This document shows positions 20,326-29,400 of a stretch of 64,000 bases of DNA, piece by piece (the stretch's first letter is position 1; every line of letters begins with the position of its first letter). The notes below the pieces were generated by a model, which had not been told where the DNA came from, did not search any database, and saw only the letters and a program-made list of their open reading frames with translations. The position numbers and the translations under genes were made by a program. The stretch covers positions 1,024,001 through 1,088,000 of the forward strand of contig OX638351.1 in NCBI GenBank assembly GCA_951813565.1, read 5' to 3'. Origin of the DNA: an uncultured Poribacteria bacterium. GTDB taxonomy: Bacteria > Poribacteria > WGA-4E > WGA-3G.

Positions 20326-20853
20326 ATGAGAAAATCATTCAAAGTGCTAACATTAACTTTAATCATAAGCGGTTTACTGGTATCAGGTGTATTTATCACC
20401 AACATGATCCACGCAGCTACAAACGGTGGGGGTGGAACAGGTACTTTATCAGGACTCTGGGCAAATGTATATGTTGGAGGATTAACATACGAACCCTTCT
20501 TTGGATGGACGCAAAGTGACCATTCCTTTGATATAACGAACATGACAGACGATGCTGTGAGTTATACCTATGAGTTCCAACACGGTGTTTGGGAAATCCT
20601 GCAGAAAAACGCACAAGGCGAAGTCACCCTGTCAAGGTTCGTCAACACCAGTACACAATTTCTCACACGTACGGTTGGACCACCGACTTGGTACGACGAA
20701 TTAAATGGTACGCAGGGTGTAGACTGTAGTGGCGAAGATGAAGGTTTGTATTGGATCCAAGCTTATACGTCTGTCCAAGCTTCTATACTCGGTGGTAGTC
20801 TTGACGTTCGGGCAGACGAGGATACAGAATTTGTGATTTTTGAGGATGACTAA
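20326..20853 (+). CDS. Secreted hypothetical protein (beta-rich, acidic)
   Basis: AAGGAG SD. Basic N-terminus, hydrophobic helix and IHA|A cleavage-like site. No family recognised. Confidence 0.75.
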   Translation: MRKSFKVLTLTLIISGLLVSGVFITNMIHAATNGGGGTGTLSGLWANVYVGGLTYEPFFGWTQSDHSFDITNMTDDAVSYTYEFQHGVWEILQKNAQGEVTLSRFVNTSTQFLTRTVGPPTWYDELNGTQGVDCSGEDEGLYWIQAYTSVQASILGGSLDVRADEDTEFVIFEDD

Positions 20854-20875
20854 GAACTTCCTTTCAACCAGCTTT

Positions 20876-20908
20876 ACAGGGATGACATATCAAGTGTCAT
20901 CTCTGTAA
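20876..20908. terminator. Intergenic hairpin
   Basis: TTTACAGGGATGACA-tatcaag-TGTCATCTCTGTAAA. Confidence 0.45.
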
Positions 20909-20929
20909 AACACTTTAGGAGTTAAAACG

Positions 20930-21979
20930 ATGCAGTCAAGAAACACACTCTGGAAAATCACAATTTTCTTCCTGATGGTGTCAATCCTAATATTAACTGA
21001 CACCTCACACGCCATTATTGTTTTTAGAGATAGCCACTCCGGGCAAAGTGAAATCTACATTATGGACGATAATGGTAAGAACGTTCGACAACTCACCCAT
21101 ACACAGCTTTCAGAATACATGCCGAGCTTCTCTCCAGATGGCAGACACATTGTTTTTGTGCGAAACCTGGGACCGGTAGCAGAACCGCGTCAGTTACAGC
21201 AGCTTGATATTTTCATGATGGATGCAGATGGCAGCAATGAAAAACGTCTTACCTTTCACCCCAAAATTGATGTTGCACCTACATGGTCTCCTGATGGACA
21301 ACACATTGCGTTTGCCAGCACCAGAATTGGACATGGAGAAATTTATATCTTGGAAATTGCGAGTGGAAACATTAGGCAACTCACAAAAAACGAAGAGGGA
21401 AATGCCTACTCGTCTGCACCGAGCTGGTCTCCTGATGGACGGCATATTGTCCACGAACAGGTTATTGCAGGCGGTGGACGGCACATCTACATCACAGACA
21501 TAGATGGTAAGGACACCCATCCTTTCCTTAAAGGAGACCAGCTACACTTCGTGGGGGACACGGTAATATCAAAATATGCTCCGCGGTGGTCTCCTGATGG
21601 CAGATACGTTCTGTATTATGAATCTCATAAGAGATATGAAAATGCTCGCGTTGTTAGGCTTGCGAATCATCTTATTGTGGTCGACAAACACGGCGAAAAT
21701 CCAAAGAAGTTGAGAATTCCAAAAAGTTGGTGGTTACACTCAGCATCCTGGGCGTGGGGCGGCACTCACATTCTGCTTGCTGGTGAGAAGGATGGTTTTC
21801 AAAATGAAGGAAAGCGCAATTATGAAATCTACCTTTATCGTCTTTCTAATGGAAAGATAACGCAAATTACAAATACCCTCCACAAAGAATATGATCCGCA
21901 TTGGGTGCTCGGGACGCTCTCCGTTTCGCCGAAAGGTAAATTAGGTGTGCAGTGGGGAAAGATTAAAGAGGAAAAGTAA
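20930..21979 (+). CDS. Secreted TolB-like PD40 beta-propeller protein with C-terminal SVSPKGKL..WGKIK tail
   Basis: Signal peptide and repeated P(S/T)(W/F)SPDG motifs. Confidence 0.88.
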   Translation: MQSRNTLWKITIFFLMVSILILTDTSHAIIVFRDSHSGQSEIYIMDDNGKNVRQLTHTQLSEYMPSFSPDGRHIVFVRNLGPVAEPRQLQQLDIFMMDADGSNEKRLTFHPKIDVAPTWSPDGQHIAFASTRIGHGEIYILEIASGNIRQLTKNEEGNAYSSAPSWSPDGRHIVHEQVIAGGGRHIYITDIDGKDTHPFLKGDQLHFVGDTVISKYAPRWSPDGRYVLYYESHKRYENARVVRLANHLIVVDKHGENPKKLRIPKSWWLHSASWAWGGTHILLAGEKDGFQNEGKRNYEIYLYRLSNGKITQITNTLHKEYDPHWVLGTLSVSPKGKLGVQWGKIKEEK

Positions 21980-22050
21980 ACGCAGTTTCTTCATTTATGC
22001 CCACTTTGTGGATGTTGCCTTACTTTTCCTCACTACATACATTTAGAATC

Positions 22051-22188
22051 ACCCTTACATTTTCATGAAGTTTAATAAATCGGTAATTTGGCGAGGTTAG
22101 GAAACCTCGCCAGCAGCGGAGTGCGCCTACCTTGCGCGGACAGAAAATTATCGAATCAAAAAATTAATTTTCATCTAAATGTAAGGGT
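22051..22188. mobile_element. Nested inverted-repeat element (MITE family C with REP core)
   Basis: Outer IR ACCCTTACATTT/AAATGTAAGGGT. Inner ATGAAGTTTAAT...ATTAATTTTCAT resembles 50676-50790. Core hairpin GGCGAGGTTAGGAAACCTCGCC. Confidence 0.6.
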
Positions 22189-22385
22189 TTATTTTTCCCA
22201 GTATGTCTCCGCGAAATACCAGAAATAAAGTGAGTTCTGTTTTGTGTCCAAAAATTTCATCTCAAGAACTCTCCGACAAAATCTTCTGAAAGAAGCAATT
22301 TGTAAGTAATTCTATAAGCATGTACAACATCGCGTTACAATAAAGGACTTTTTACTTTTCAACGGCACATGTTATACTATTTATT

Positions 22386-23000
22386 ATGAGTATGTTTCGC
22401 GAACATTGGATCGGTGGATTGACTGCTTATAGCACCTTCTTCGTGGTTTCGCTTGCAGCAACAATCTCCGTTTCAATCTTTTACGGATTACCATTCGACT
22501 GGAATCCAACTATTTCGATGGACTCTCTCGGAATCCTTGGGTGTTTTGCCGTCGCTTTGCTATTCGGATTGTGGCCTGACGTAGATATTAAGAGCAGGAG
22601 CCAACAAATTTTTTATACCGTCCTGTTTGTGCTGAACGCTTCGCTTATCCTCTTTCTGCAAAGGTATTTAGAAGCAGCGCTTTTAGGATTATTTGCAATG
22701 CTCCCAATTCTTAGTAGGCATCGAGGATGGACACACTCAAAAATCACTATGATTCTGCTGCCAAGCCTGTTTCTGGTGATTCCGATCTATATAGAGTACC
22801 CGAATTGGGGAACGGGGTGGAAAGACCCTTCCGAATTTTTTGATTCGTTGGTAACGTGGGAGAGTCTTCCCGATACCTTGCGAAGTGGTCTTGCATTCTA
22901 TTTGGCTGGTTTGATTGGATATGCGTCACATCTCTATCTTGATGGTATTTTATTCCGTTCACGCAAAGCACAACAACGGAAAGCACGGACGAACCTATGA
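22386..23000 (+). CDS. Membrane-bound metal-dependent hydrolase (YdjM/DUF457-like)
   Basis: FREH, LWPDVDI, HRGWTHS and GYASHLYLD. Confidence 0.88.
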   Translation: MSMFREHWIGGLTAYSTFFVVSLAATISVSIFYGLPFDWNPTISMDSLGILGCFAVALLFGLWPDVDIKSRSQQIFYTVLFVLNASLILFLQRYLEAALLGLFAMLPILSRHRGWTHSKITMILLPSLFLVIPIYIEYPNWGTGWKDPSEFFDSLVTWESLPDTLRSGLAFYLAGLIGYASHLYLDGILFRSRKAQQRKARTNL

Positions 23001-24319
23001 ATAAGGCAACATTCAACACCAAAGAATTACGTGACAATCCTTTGATACAAGCACTTCACGTTTTTGCTAAAGAGAAAGGGGTTCAACTCTACCTTGTAGG
23101 CGGTAGTGTGCGGGACTTGTTGCTAAATCGACCAACGACAGATTTTGATTTTACGTTGGAATCGGGTACCATTGAATTTGCTAAAATGTTCGCTGACAGT
23201 ATCCGTGCTTCCTTCATTCCACTTGAGGAAGAACCGCCTACCGCACGTGTAATAGTTAAAACGCCACAATCTACACCGACAGAATTGAGTATAGATTTCG
23301 CACAATTTAGAGCCGCAACTCTTACCGATGATCTGCGTTTACGCGACCTCACAATCAACGCAATGGCAATTTCGCTTGAATCGGTGATGGAATCAAATCA
23401 TCCTGAAGTAATTGATCCATGTAACGGAAGAAACGATTTAACAATACGCCAACTCCGTTTTTCGAGTGAACAGGTTATACGCGATGATCCGCTCCGTCTA
23501 ATGCGAATTTATCGTTTCGCAGCACAGTTGGATTTTGAAATATCTCAAAAATCCGTTGAATTCGTTCAAAAGCATAAGCATCTATTGCCACGAGTTTCGA
23601 AAGAACGGCTTCGCGACGAATTTATGAAAATACTTAATGTTGAAAAAGCAACGCCCTATTTGCAGCAAATTCTTGAGATTGGTTTATTAGTCCACATTTT
23701 TCCGAACGTAAAACAGACGCCTACCTTATGGTACACGTTGGAAAACTATGCGGACAATCCGATTCCTGAACCTCTTTTTCCGTATAAGAATGAGATTAAC
23801 AAATATCTCAGTGAAGAATTAGGTTTGTATGCTAACCGTCGATCATTGATTAAACTCTGTCTACTTTTTCAGGGAAATCTTGAAGAAATCGGAAAGTCGC
23901 TTCGACTCAGTCGAAAAGCAGTGCAGTTTATGCAATGTCTTGTTACAGGACATCAACAAATTGTAGACAGAAAATTGACAAAGAAACAGATAATTGATTT
24001 TTTAAGAACTTCTACCTCCGATTGGTGGGGTGTACTTCTGTACTCTGCGGCGAAGCATCGGATGCCGTTAGAAGCACAAAGAAAAATTGTGGAAATCTAT
24101 TACGAACATTTTTTACCTATTCTCAAACAGGGACGCCTCATCACGGGGAGAGATCTGATTCAGAAGTATCATTTGAAGAAAGGGAAAGAAATTGGGATGC
24201 TGTTAAAGCAAATTGAGGAACGGCAATTTTACGGTGAGATTAGGACGCGCGCGGAAGCATTTGCTGCTGTGGAAGCATTAATTCTTAAGCAGGGTAAATC
24301 TTATAGGTGTCAATTTTAA
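22997..24319 (+). CDS. CCA-adding enzyme/poly(A) polymerase family nucleotidyltransferase
   Basis: VGGSVRDLLL, DFDF, DLRLRDLTINAMA, DDPLRLMR and ERLRDEF. Confidence 0.92.
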   Translation: MNKATFNTKELRDNPLIQALHVFAKEKGVQLYLVGGSVRDLLLNRPTTDFDFTLESGTIEFAKMFADSIRASFIPLEEEPPTARVIVKTPQSTPTELSIDFAQFRAATLTDDLRLRDLTINAMAISLESVMESNHPEVIDPCNGRNDLTIRQLRFSSEQVIRDDPLRLMRIYRFAAQLDFEISQKSVEFVQKHKHLLPRVSKERLRDEFMKILNVEKATPYLQQILEIGLLVHIFPNVKQTPTLWYTLENYADNPIPEPLFPYKNEINKYLSEELGLYANRRSLIKLCLLFQGNLEEIGKSLRLSRKAVQFMQCLVTGHQQIVDRKLTKKQIIDFLRTSTSDWWGVLLYSAAKHRMPLEAQRKIVEIYYEHFLPILKQGRLITGRDLIQKYHLKKGKEIGMLLKQIEERQFYGEIRTRAEAFAAVEALILKQGKSYRCQF

Positions 24320-24459
24320 GGATAGATGCTCTTGTAGGAGGGCTTTGTCCGCCCGATTTCTGATTTGTCGGCGTTGAAAACGCCTTGCACAAGAAAAACC
24401 GAATTCAGAAACCTATCTGTTTTTAGGTGTTGAACCTAATTTACACGCTAAATTGACAC

Positions 24460-25221
24460 CTAATGCAAATCCCTATAATCTGGTTGACGTCTACGCAGAA
24501 ATTTCGGAATGAGAGAAACCAGAACGATAAGGACGCCTGCAATAGATAGATAAACTAAGGTTTTATCCAAATTGCCTTCCCCACTGACAAGCGCACCACC
24601 GATTTGAACGTACGCTATAGTCCCAGGTAACATAAAAATTGCTGAAACGAGCGCGTATGTGGAAAACTTAATTTTGGTCAAACCGTAAGCATAGTTTTGT
24701 AAATTAAAGGGGAAGATCGGGACTAACCGCGTGAACATAAGAATGCGCCAACCTTCTTGTTCCACTTTTTCATCAATTTTTTGGAATTGCGCGTTCCCCG
24801 AAACCCAACTTTCAACAAGTTCGCGTGCAACATAACGTGCAGTAAGAAAGGCAAGGGAAACACCAATAATTGCCCCAACCCAAACATAAACAACACCCCA
24901 CACTGGACCGAAGGCAATACCTGAAAGCACTGTAATTGGCAATCCTGGAAAAAAGAAAAGTGTCGCAACAATGTAAAAACCGATATAGATTAACGGCGCG
25001 ATGATGCCGAAACCCGAAACCCATTCTTTGATTTTGTAGACGTTCTTAAGGTCAATGTACTCTATTACGCCGTAATGCTTTAATAAAATATAGATCGCAG
25101 CCATAACACTGATAGCCGTGATCAGTTTAATTGCCTTGCTTGTGATACTCACTACGGCTAAAGCCGTGTGCTTCTTTGAAACACACAACTCTCCTATGTG
25201 ATTCCTGCTTCCGTCTCTCAT
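24460..25221 (-). CDS. TVP38/TMEM64 (DedA/VTT) membrane protein; first about 26 codons derive from an IS605 right end
   Basis: FFPG, RLVPIFPFNLQNYAYGLT and LPGT motifs. Confidence 0.88.
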   Translation of the reverse strand: MRDGSRNHIGELCVSKKHTALAVVSITSKAIKLITAISVMAAIYILLKHYGVIEYIDLKNVYKIKEWVSGFGIIAPLIYIGFYIVATLFFFPGLPITVLSGIAFGPVWGVVYVWVGAIIGVSLAFLTARYVARELVESWVSGNAQFQKIDEKVEQEGWRILMFTRLVPIFPFNLQNYAYGLTKIKFSTYALVSAIFMLPGTIAYVQIGGALVSGEGNLDKTLVYLSIAGVLIVLVSLIPKFLRRRQPDYRDLH

Positions 25222-25249
25222 GCCCTATCCTGAACTGAATGAGGTCTTA

Positions 25250-25338
25250 TACCAAATTAACGAGAATTGCATTGTTTTCATTGCCGATGGTAAGGGCGGG
25301 CACAGAGACCCGCCCCTACGATTTAGGGTAATTTGGTA
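25250..25338. mobile_element. IS630-end MITE (family B), 89 bp
   Basis: TTA[TACCAAATTAAC...GGTAATTTGGTA]TTA. Ends match the IS630 at 46599-47751. Internal hairpin GGGCGGGcacagagaCCCGCCC. Confidence 0.8.
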
Positions 25339-25372
25339 TTATTTGGACTCCACAGGCGTTTATTCTCTCTGT

Positions 25373-25830
25373 CTATCCGACAGCGAGGTGTTTAAGGTTT
25401 ATTGCAGCGTTGACATCTCTATCTATTTGATATTGGCAGACACTGCAATGATACGTTCTTTCTGATAGTGTTAGTTCTTTTTTCTTGTGTCCACAACTTG
25501 AACAGGTTTTGCTACTTGCAAAGAAGTGCGATGCTTCTTTGACAGGTATCCCACGGGCATCTGCTTTTGTCTTGAGTTTATGGAGAAACCCACTGAATGC
25601 ACTATCCGATAACGCTTTGCTAACTTTCTATTTTTTAGCATGTTCGTCACCTTGAGTGTCTCAATGCCGATAGCAGATACGCGATCGACAATATCAGTCG
25701 TTGCTTTGTGGTGCGCATCGTTTCGGATACAAGCAATACGATAGTGGATACGTTGGACCTTGTGTTTTTGCTTGAACCAGTTATTAGACTTAAACACTTT
25801 TCTACTCAACTTGCGTTGTTCTCGTTTAAC
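25373..25830 (-). pseudogene. tnpB: tnpB pseudogene (5' deleted, frameshifted)
   Basis: HKATTDIV..IGIETLKVTNMLKNRKLA (RuvC II). A shifted frame gives SSKTCSSCG..LSERTYHCSVC..DRDVNAAINL (Zn ribbon and RuvC III). Confidence 0.88.
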
Positions 25831-26108
25831 CTACATTCCGCACTTCGAATTTCCGATTTTCGATATTTATTTCTCAAACCTGCGTGGCACCTACATCGAG
25901 CAAGCAATTTCAGGTGAATTAGAGAAAAAGAAAAGTGACAAGTGGAATCTTAATTCACGGCACCAAATCTCTATTATCCGGTACGGATCCTTTCGTGACA
26001 CGGGTTTGTCCTATAAATATTAAATTCTGATTAAACAACTGCGGAATGTGGGATACATGTAAATGTCAAGCGTTTTTGGACCCAAGCATAAATGCTTGGG
26101 ATTGTCAG

Positions 26109-27581
26109 TTAATTCCCTTCAATGATTTGGGTAATTGCCTCCAAATACGCTTTAATCTGTGATCGATATCGTGCTGGAATTCTATCGTTCTCAATAGCTT
26201 GAGCATATTCACGTTGAGCATTAAGGACCACATCGCTAAACGACATATAGTCTGGTTCAGTTCCTGCATTTCTCGCTTTTCCAGTGAAAACCTTTGTAAT
26301 ACTTTTCGTATCTGATACAGTCTCTGAATTCAATTTTAACGCATTTCCTGCAATTTCCAAAGATGGTGTTTCATCGCCTGTAAGCGGTTTTTCGGTAGCG
26401 TTTTCATCAACAGAAGGTGTTGTATCATTGCCAGTGGGTGTAAAATCGGAAGGTCCGCCAGTTTCTTGTGTGCCTTGTGTTTCTTGGCTTCCGGATTCTC
26501 GACCTGGTGCACCGTCACTACTGGCAATTCCACCATTAGGTTGATCGGTTTCAATACCTGCCAAGGCAATATCTTTTCTGCTCTCTGTTATTTGTGCTTC
26601 AAGTTGACTGAGCTGATCAACTTGGCGGAGCGCATCAACAATTTCTTGCAATGTGTCCGGAGAAACTGTCTTTCCCTGAACTTGATCTAATGCGCGACTT
26701 AGTTCCCCTTGCGGAACGTTCTCTGCCAATTTAGTGAAGAGTTTTGCAAGTTCATCGCGAAGTTCAGGTGTAAGTTCCGCTTGTGCCGCAAGGCGTTCAA
26801 GTTCGTCTGTGAGAGCAGTAGTATTCATGCCCTTGAAGTCCTGCGTTGCTTGTGTTGCCTGCGCGATCGCCGACTCATCTGGAAATTCCAATTTTTGTTG
26901 TTGGAGCTTACTATTTAAAGTACGCAAACGTTCTTGGGCAGACGCAACATCTTTTACATTTTTCAGTTGTTTTATTGTTTTTCTGATTTCGTCTTGGACT
27001 ATCGGGTTTTGAATATTCTCAATACCATCCGAAAGGTCTCTAATTGCCGTTTCAATTGCTTCGTGTTCAGCGGTTGTAGGGGGCTGTGGTAGGTCATATT
27101 GGCGAGGCACAGCAAAAGAGAAGCCGATGATTAACAGGGGAATTGACACCCATTTCAGTAGTCGTGGTAGAGCATACGGCATTATCTTCGCCGAATCTGC
27201 GTCTTCAACACCTTTTGCAGAATCAAGAATCTGCAGTTGCGCTATCTCATCTTGTCGGTTTTCCTGTATCAATTCTAATGATGTGCTAACGCGTTCCTTA
27301 AGTTGTAGATTTTCATCAACATAACCCGCAATATCAGATAGCGTTGGACGATGCCTGAAACCAAAACCGATACCGAAACCACCTGCTCCGAAAATTACTA
27401 AAAGTGTGACAAGTGTTATAGAAAAAGGAAAAAGAACGAGGCGAATTCCGATGAACAACACAGCAAGAACGCACATCGCAAAAAAGATGGCTTGTGTAAC
27501 TGTCTTAAAAGTTTTTTGTAAGCGTGATCGGATTCGAAGGGTTTTTAGGCAATTTGTGATCACATTTCTTGGGCTTTCCAT
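26109..27581 (-). CDS. Membrane-anchored coiled-coil hypothetical protein
   Basis: N-terminal TM pair, LQLKERVSTSLE, third TM, Q/E-rich coils, G/S/T-rich linker and C-terminal IPARYRSQIKAYL. Confidence 0.8.
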   Translation of the reverse strand: MESPRNVITNCLKTLRIRSRLQKTFKTVTQAIFFAMCVLAVLFIGIRLVLFPFSITLVTLLVIFGAGGFGIGFGFRHRPTLSDIAGYVDENLQLKERVSTSLELIQENRQDEIAQLQILDSAKGVEDADSAKIMPYALPRLLKWVSIPLLIIGFSFAVPRQYDLPQPPTTAEHEAIETAIRDLSDGIENIQNPIVQDEIRKTIKQLKNVKDVASAQERLRTLNSKLQQQKLEFPDESAIAQATQATQDFKGMNTTALTDELERLAAQAELTPELRDELAKLFTKLAENVPQGELSRALDQVQGKTVSPDTLQEIVDALRQVDQLSQLEAQITESRKDIALAGIETDQPNGGIASSDGAPGRESGSQETQGTQETGGPSDFTPTGNDTTPSVDENATEKPLTGDETPSLEIAGNALKLNSETVSDTKSITKVFTGKARNAGTEPDYMSFSDVVLNAQREYAQAIENDRIPARYRSQIKAYLEAITQIIEGN

Positions 27582-28591
27582 TTCATCTTCTCCGTAGCGG
27601 CAAATACCATCTGAGGTTTAATAGCATTCAGATTTTGGTGTGCAACATCGGCATGTTCGTCCCACTCTTTAGGCGATAAGGTTTGCATCAACTTGCAGCC
27701 TTCCCGTGCGATCACAGTATGTTTGTCCCAAGGTGGTCCCCATTGAGTCGGATTTGACCCACCAAACAGAGCAATCGTCGGGGTTTTCACTGCTGTGCTC
27801 AGATGCATCGGTCCTGTATCGTTACTGATGTAGAGACGACATCGTTGTAGAAGTGCAGCAAGTTGCATCGGAGTTATATTGTTGGCAATAACTGGTGAAT
27901 ACGTCATTTGGTTTGCCACCTGATGCGCAAGTTTGCCCTCTTGTGGTCCTGCTGTTATGATGATATGTGCACCATAGACTTCGTGGAGCATGTCTCCAAG
28001 AACAGCAAAGTTTACTGCAGACCACCGGCGGTAAGACGTCGCAGCACCAGGATTCAAACCGATGATAGGTTTACCGTCATTCAGGTTGCGGTTTTCAAGG
28101 AAATCTTTGCTCCATGCCTTGCCTGCGTCATCTACAAACACCTCTGGCTCATCATCTACAACTTCAATACCCATTGCACGAACGACATCAAGATAACGTT
28201 GCGTTTCGTGCTGTTTGGTGTGATTCGGCACAGCAACATGCAAAAGCCTTTTTCTACCGGTATTGGTTTCAAAACCAACACGGAACGGAATTTTGGCAAG
28301 AAATGTGTGAAGCACTAACCGAAAAGTCGGTTGTAAAACTACTGCCATCTGAAATTTTCGCTGAACAAGTTGATAGATTAGTTTCGGCACTGAAGACTGA
28401 TAAGTCAACACCTCATTTAGATGCGGGTTTGCGGATACTAAATCCTCTCGTGTCGGTGCTACCATGTAAGCGATGTGGGCATCTTGGAAGTGTTGCCGTA
28501 ATGCACGGATGACAGGTGTTGTTAAAACCGTTTCTCCCAGCGGCGCAAGTCTAATAATCAAGATGCGGTTGATTTGCTCAGGGGCAAACAT
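27560..28591 (-). CDS. Glycosyltransferase family 9
   Basis: ILIIRLAPLGETVLTTP, SNDTGPMHL and ALFG. Confidence 0.92.
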   Translation of the reverse strand: MFAPEQINRILIIRLAPLGETVLTTPVIRALRQHFQDAHIAYMVAPTREDLVSANPHLNEVLTYQSSVPKLIYQLVQRKFQMAVVLQPTFRLVLHTFLAKIPFRVGFETNTGRKRLLHVAVPNHTKQHETQRYLDVVRAMGIEVVDDEPEVFVDDAGKAWSKDFLENRNLNDGKPIIGLNPGAATSYRRWSAVNFAVLGDMLHEVYGAHIIITAGPQEGKLAHQVANQMTYSPVIANNITPMQLAALLQRCRLYISNDTGPMHLSTAVKTPTIALFGGSNPTQWGPPWDKHTVIAREGCKLMQTLSPKEWDEHADVAHQNLNAIKPQMVFAATEKMKWKAQEM

Positions 28592-28640
28592 TTGGAATTG
28601 CTTTCATTTCCATCAATTGCTAATTTCTTATTCTTACGGT

Positions 28641-28669
28641 ATAATACCTCAAAACGAATAGGGTGTCAA
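28641..28669 (-). promoter_or_regulatory. Sigma70-type promoter of the GT9 operon
   Basis: TTGACA-N17-TATTAT on the minus strand. Confidence 0.55.
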
Positions 28670-28670
28670 G

Positions 28671-29396
28671 GTGAAATCAAATCTTCAAACGTTAAAAGAA
28701 AGATATTTACAAGGTTGGGAAAGGCAAACAACGGTAATTTTACTTGCTTCTGCCGTGCTGCTAACGTTGCATAGGAAATATAGCCGGACAGGGATTTTTC
28801 GCACACATTTAGCAGGGTATTTTGATAATCTGCCGTTGGTAGAAAGCCACCCTTACTATTACTGGTTTCTGTCAACAGCACTCACACTTTTTCTGATCCC
28901 TGTCATCGTTGCGATATTCGGGACGAAGCAGAGACTAACCGATTACGGAATTCGTTTAGGTAAGCAGAAAGTCGGCTGGATCGTTACTTTGGCGGCATGG
29001 ATTTTGATGATACCTCTGGTTATCATGGCAGTCAAAGTGTATCCGTCTTTCGTTGATAAGTATCCGTTTTGCAAGGCAGTCGCCAGTAGTTGGTTGGCGT
29101 TTTTACCCTATCAACTTGCCTACGGTGTTTACATGTTTTCGTGGGAATTCTTCTTCCGTGGGTTTATGCTCTTTGGGTTGGAGAAAAGATTTGGAAACTA
29201 TAGTATCTTAATACAGACTATTCCGTTCGCAGTGATGCATTTTTCCAAACCGTTGCCAGAAGCACTTGGTTCAATCATTGCTGGTTTATTGCTTGGTGTG
29301 CTTGCTTTGGAAACTCGCTCTTTTGTCTATGGTGCGGCGATTCATTGGCTTGTCGCTATTACAATGGATACAGTTTGTGTCATCATTTCACACTGA
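28671..29396 (+). CDS. CPBP (CAAX/Abi) intramembrane glutamic protease
   Basis: WEFFFRG, FAVMH and AIHW. Confidence 0.88.
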   Translation: MKSNLQTLKERYLQGWERQTTVILLASAVLLTLHRKYSRTGIFRTHLAGYFDNLPLVESHPYYYWFLSTALTLFLIPVIVAIFGTKQRLTDYGIRLGKQKVGWIVTLAAWILMIPLVIMAVKVYPSFVDKYPFCKAVASSWLAFLPYQLAYGVYMFSWEFFFRGFMLFGLEKRFGNYSILIQTIPFAVMHFSKPLPEALGSIIAGLLLGVLALETRSFVYGAAIHWLVAITMDTVCVIISH

Positions 29397-29400
29397 TGAA

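Larger units (their letters stand above)
25142..26103 (-). mobile_element. Degenerate IS200/IS605-family element (tnpB remnant, no tnpA)
   Basis: Right end GAAGCACACGGCTTTAGCCGTAGTGAGTATCAC. Left-end hairpin CCCAAGCAT-tt-ATGCTTGGG near 26081-26100. tnpB fragments lie between them. Confidence 0.75.

Noticed and set aside
25373..25830. Active TnpB/Cas12-like nuclease
   Set aside because: The N-terminal half, including RuvC I, is missing and the remainder is frameshifted.
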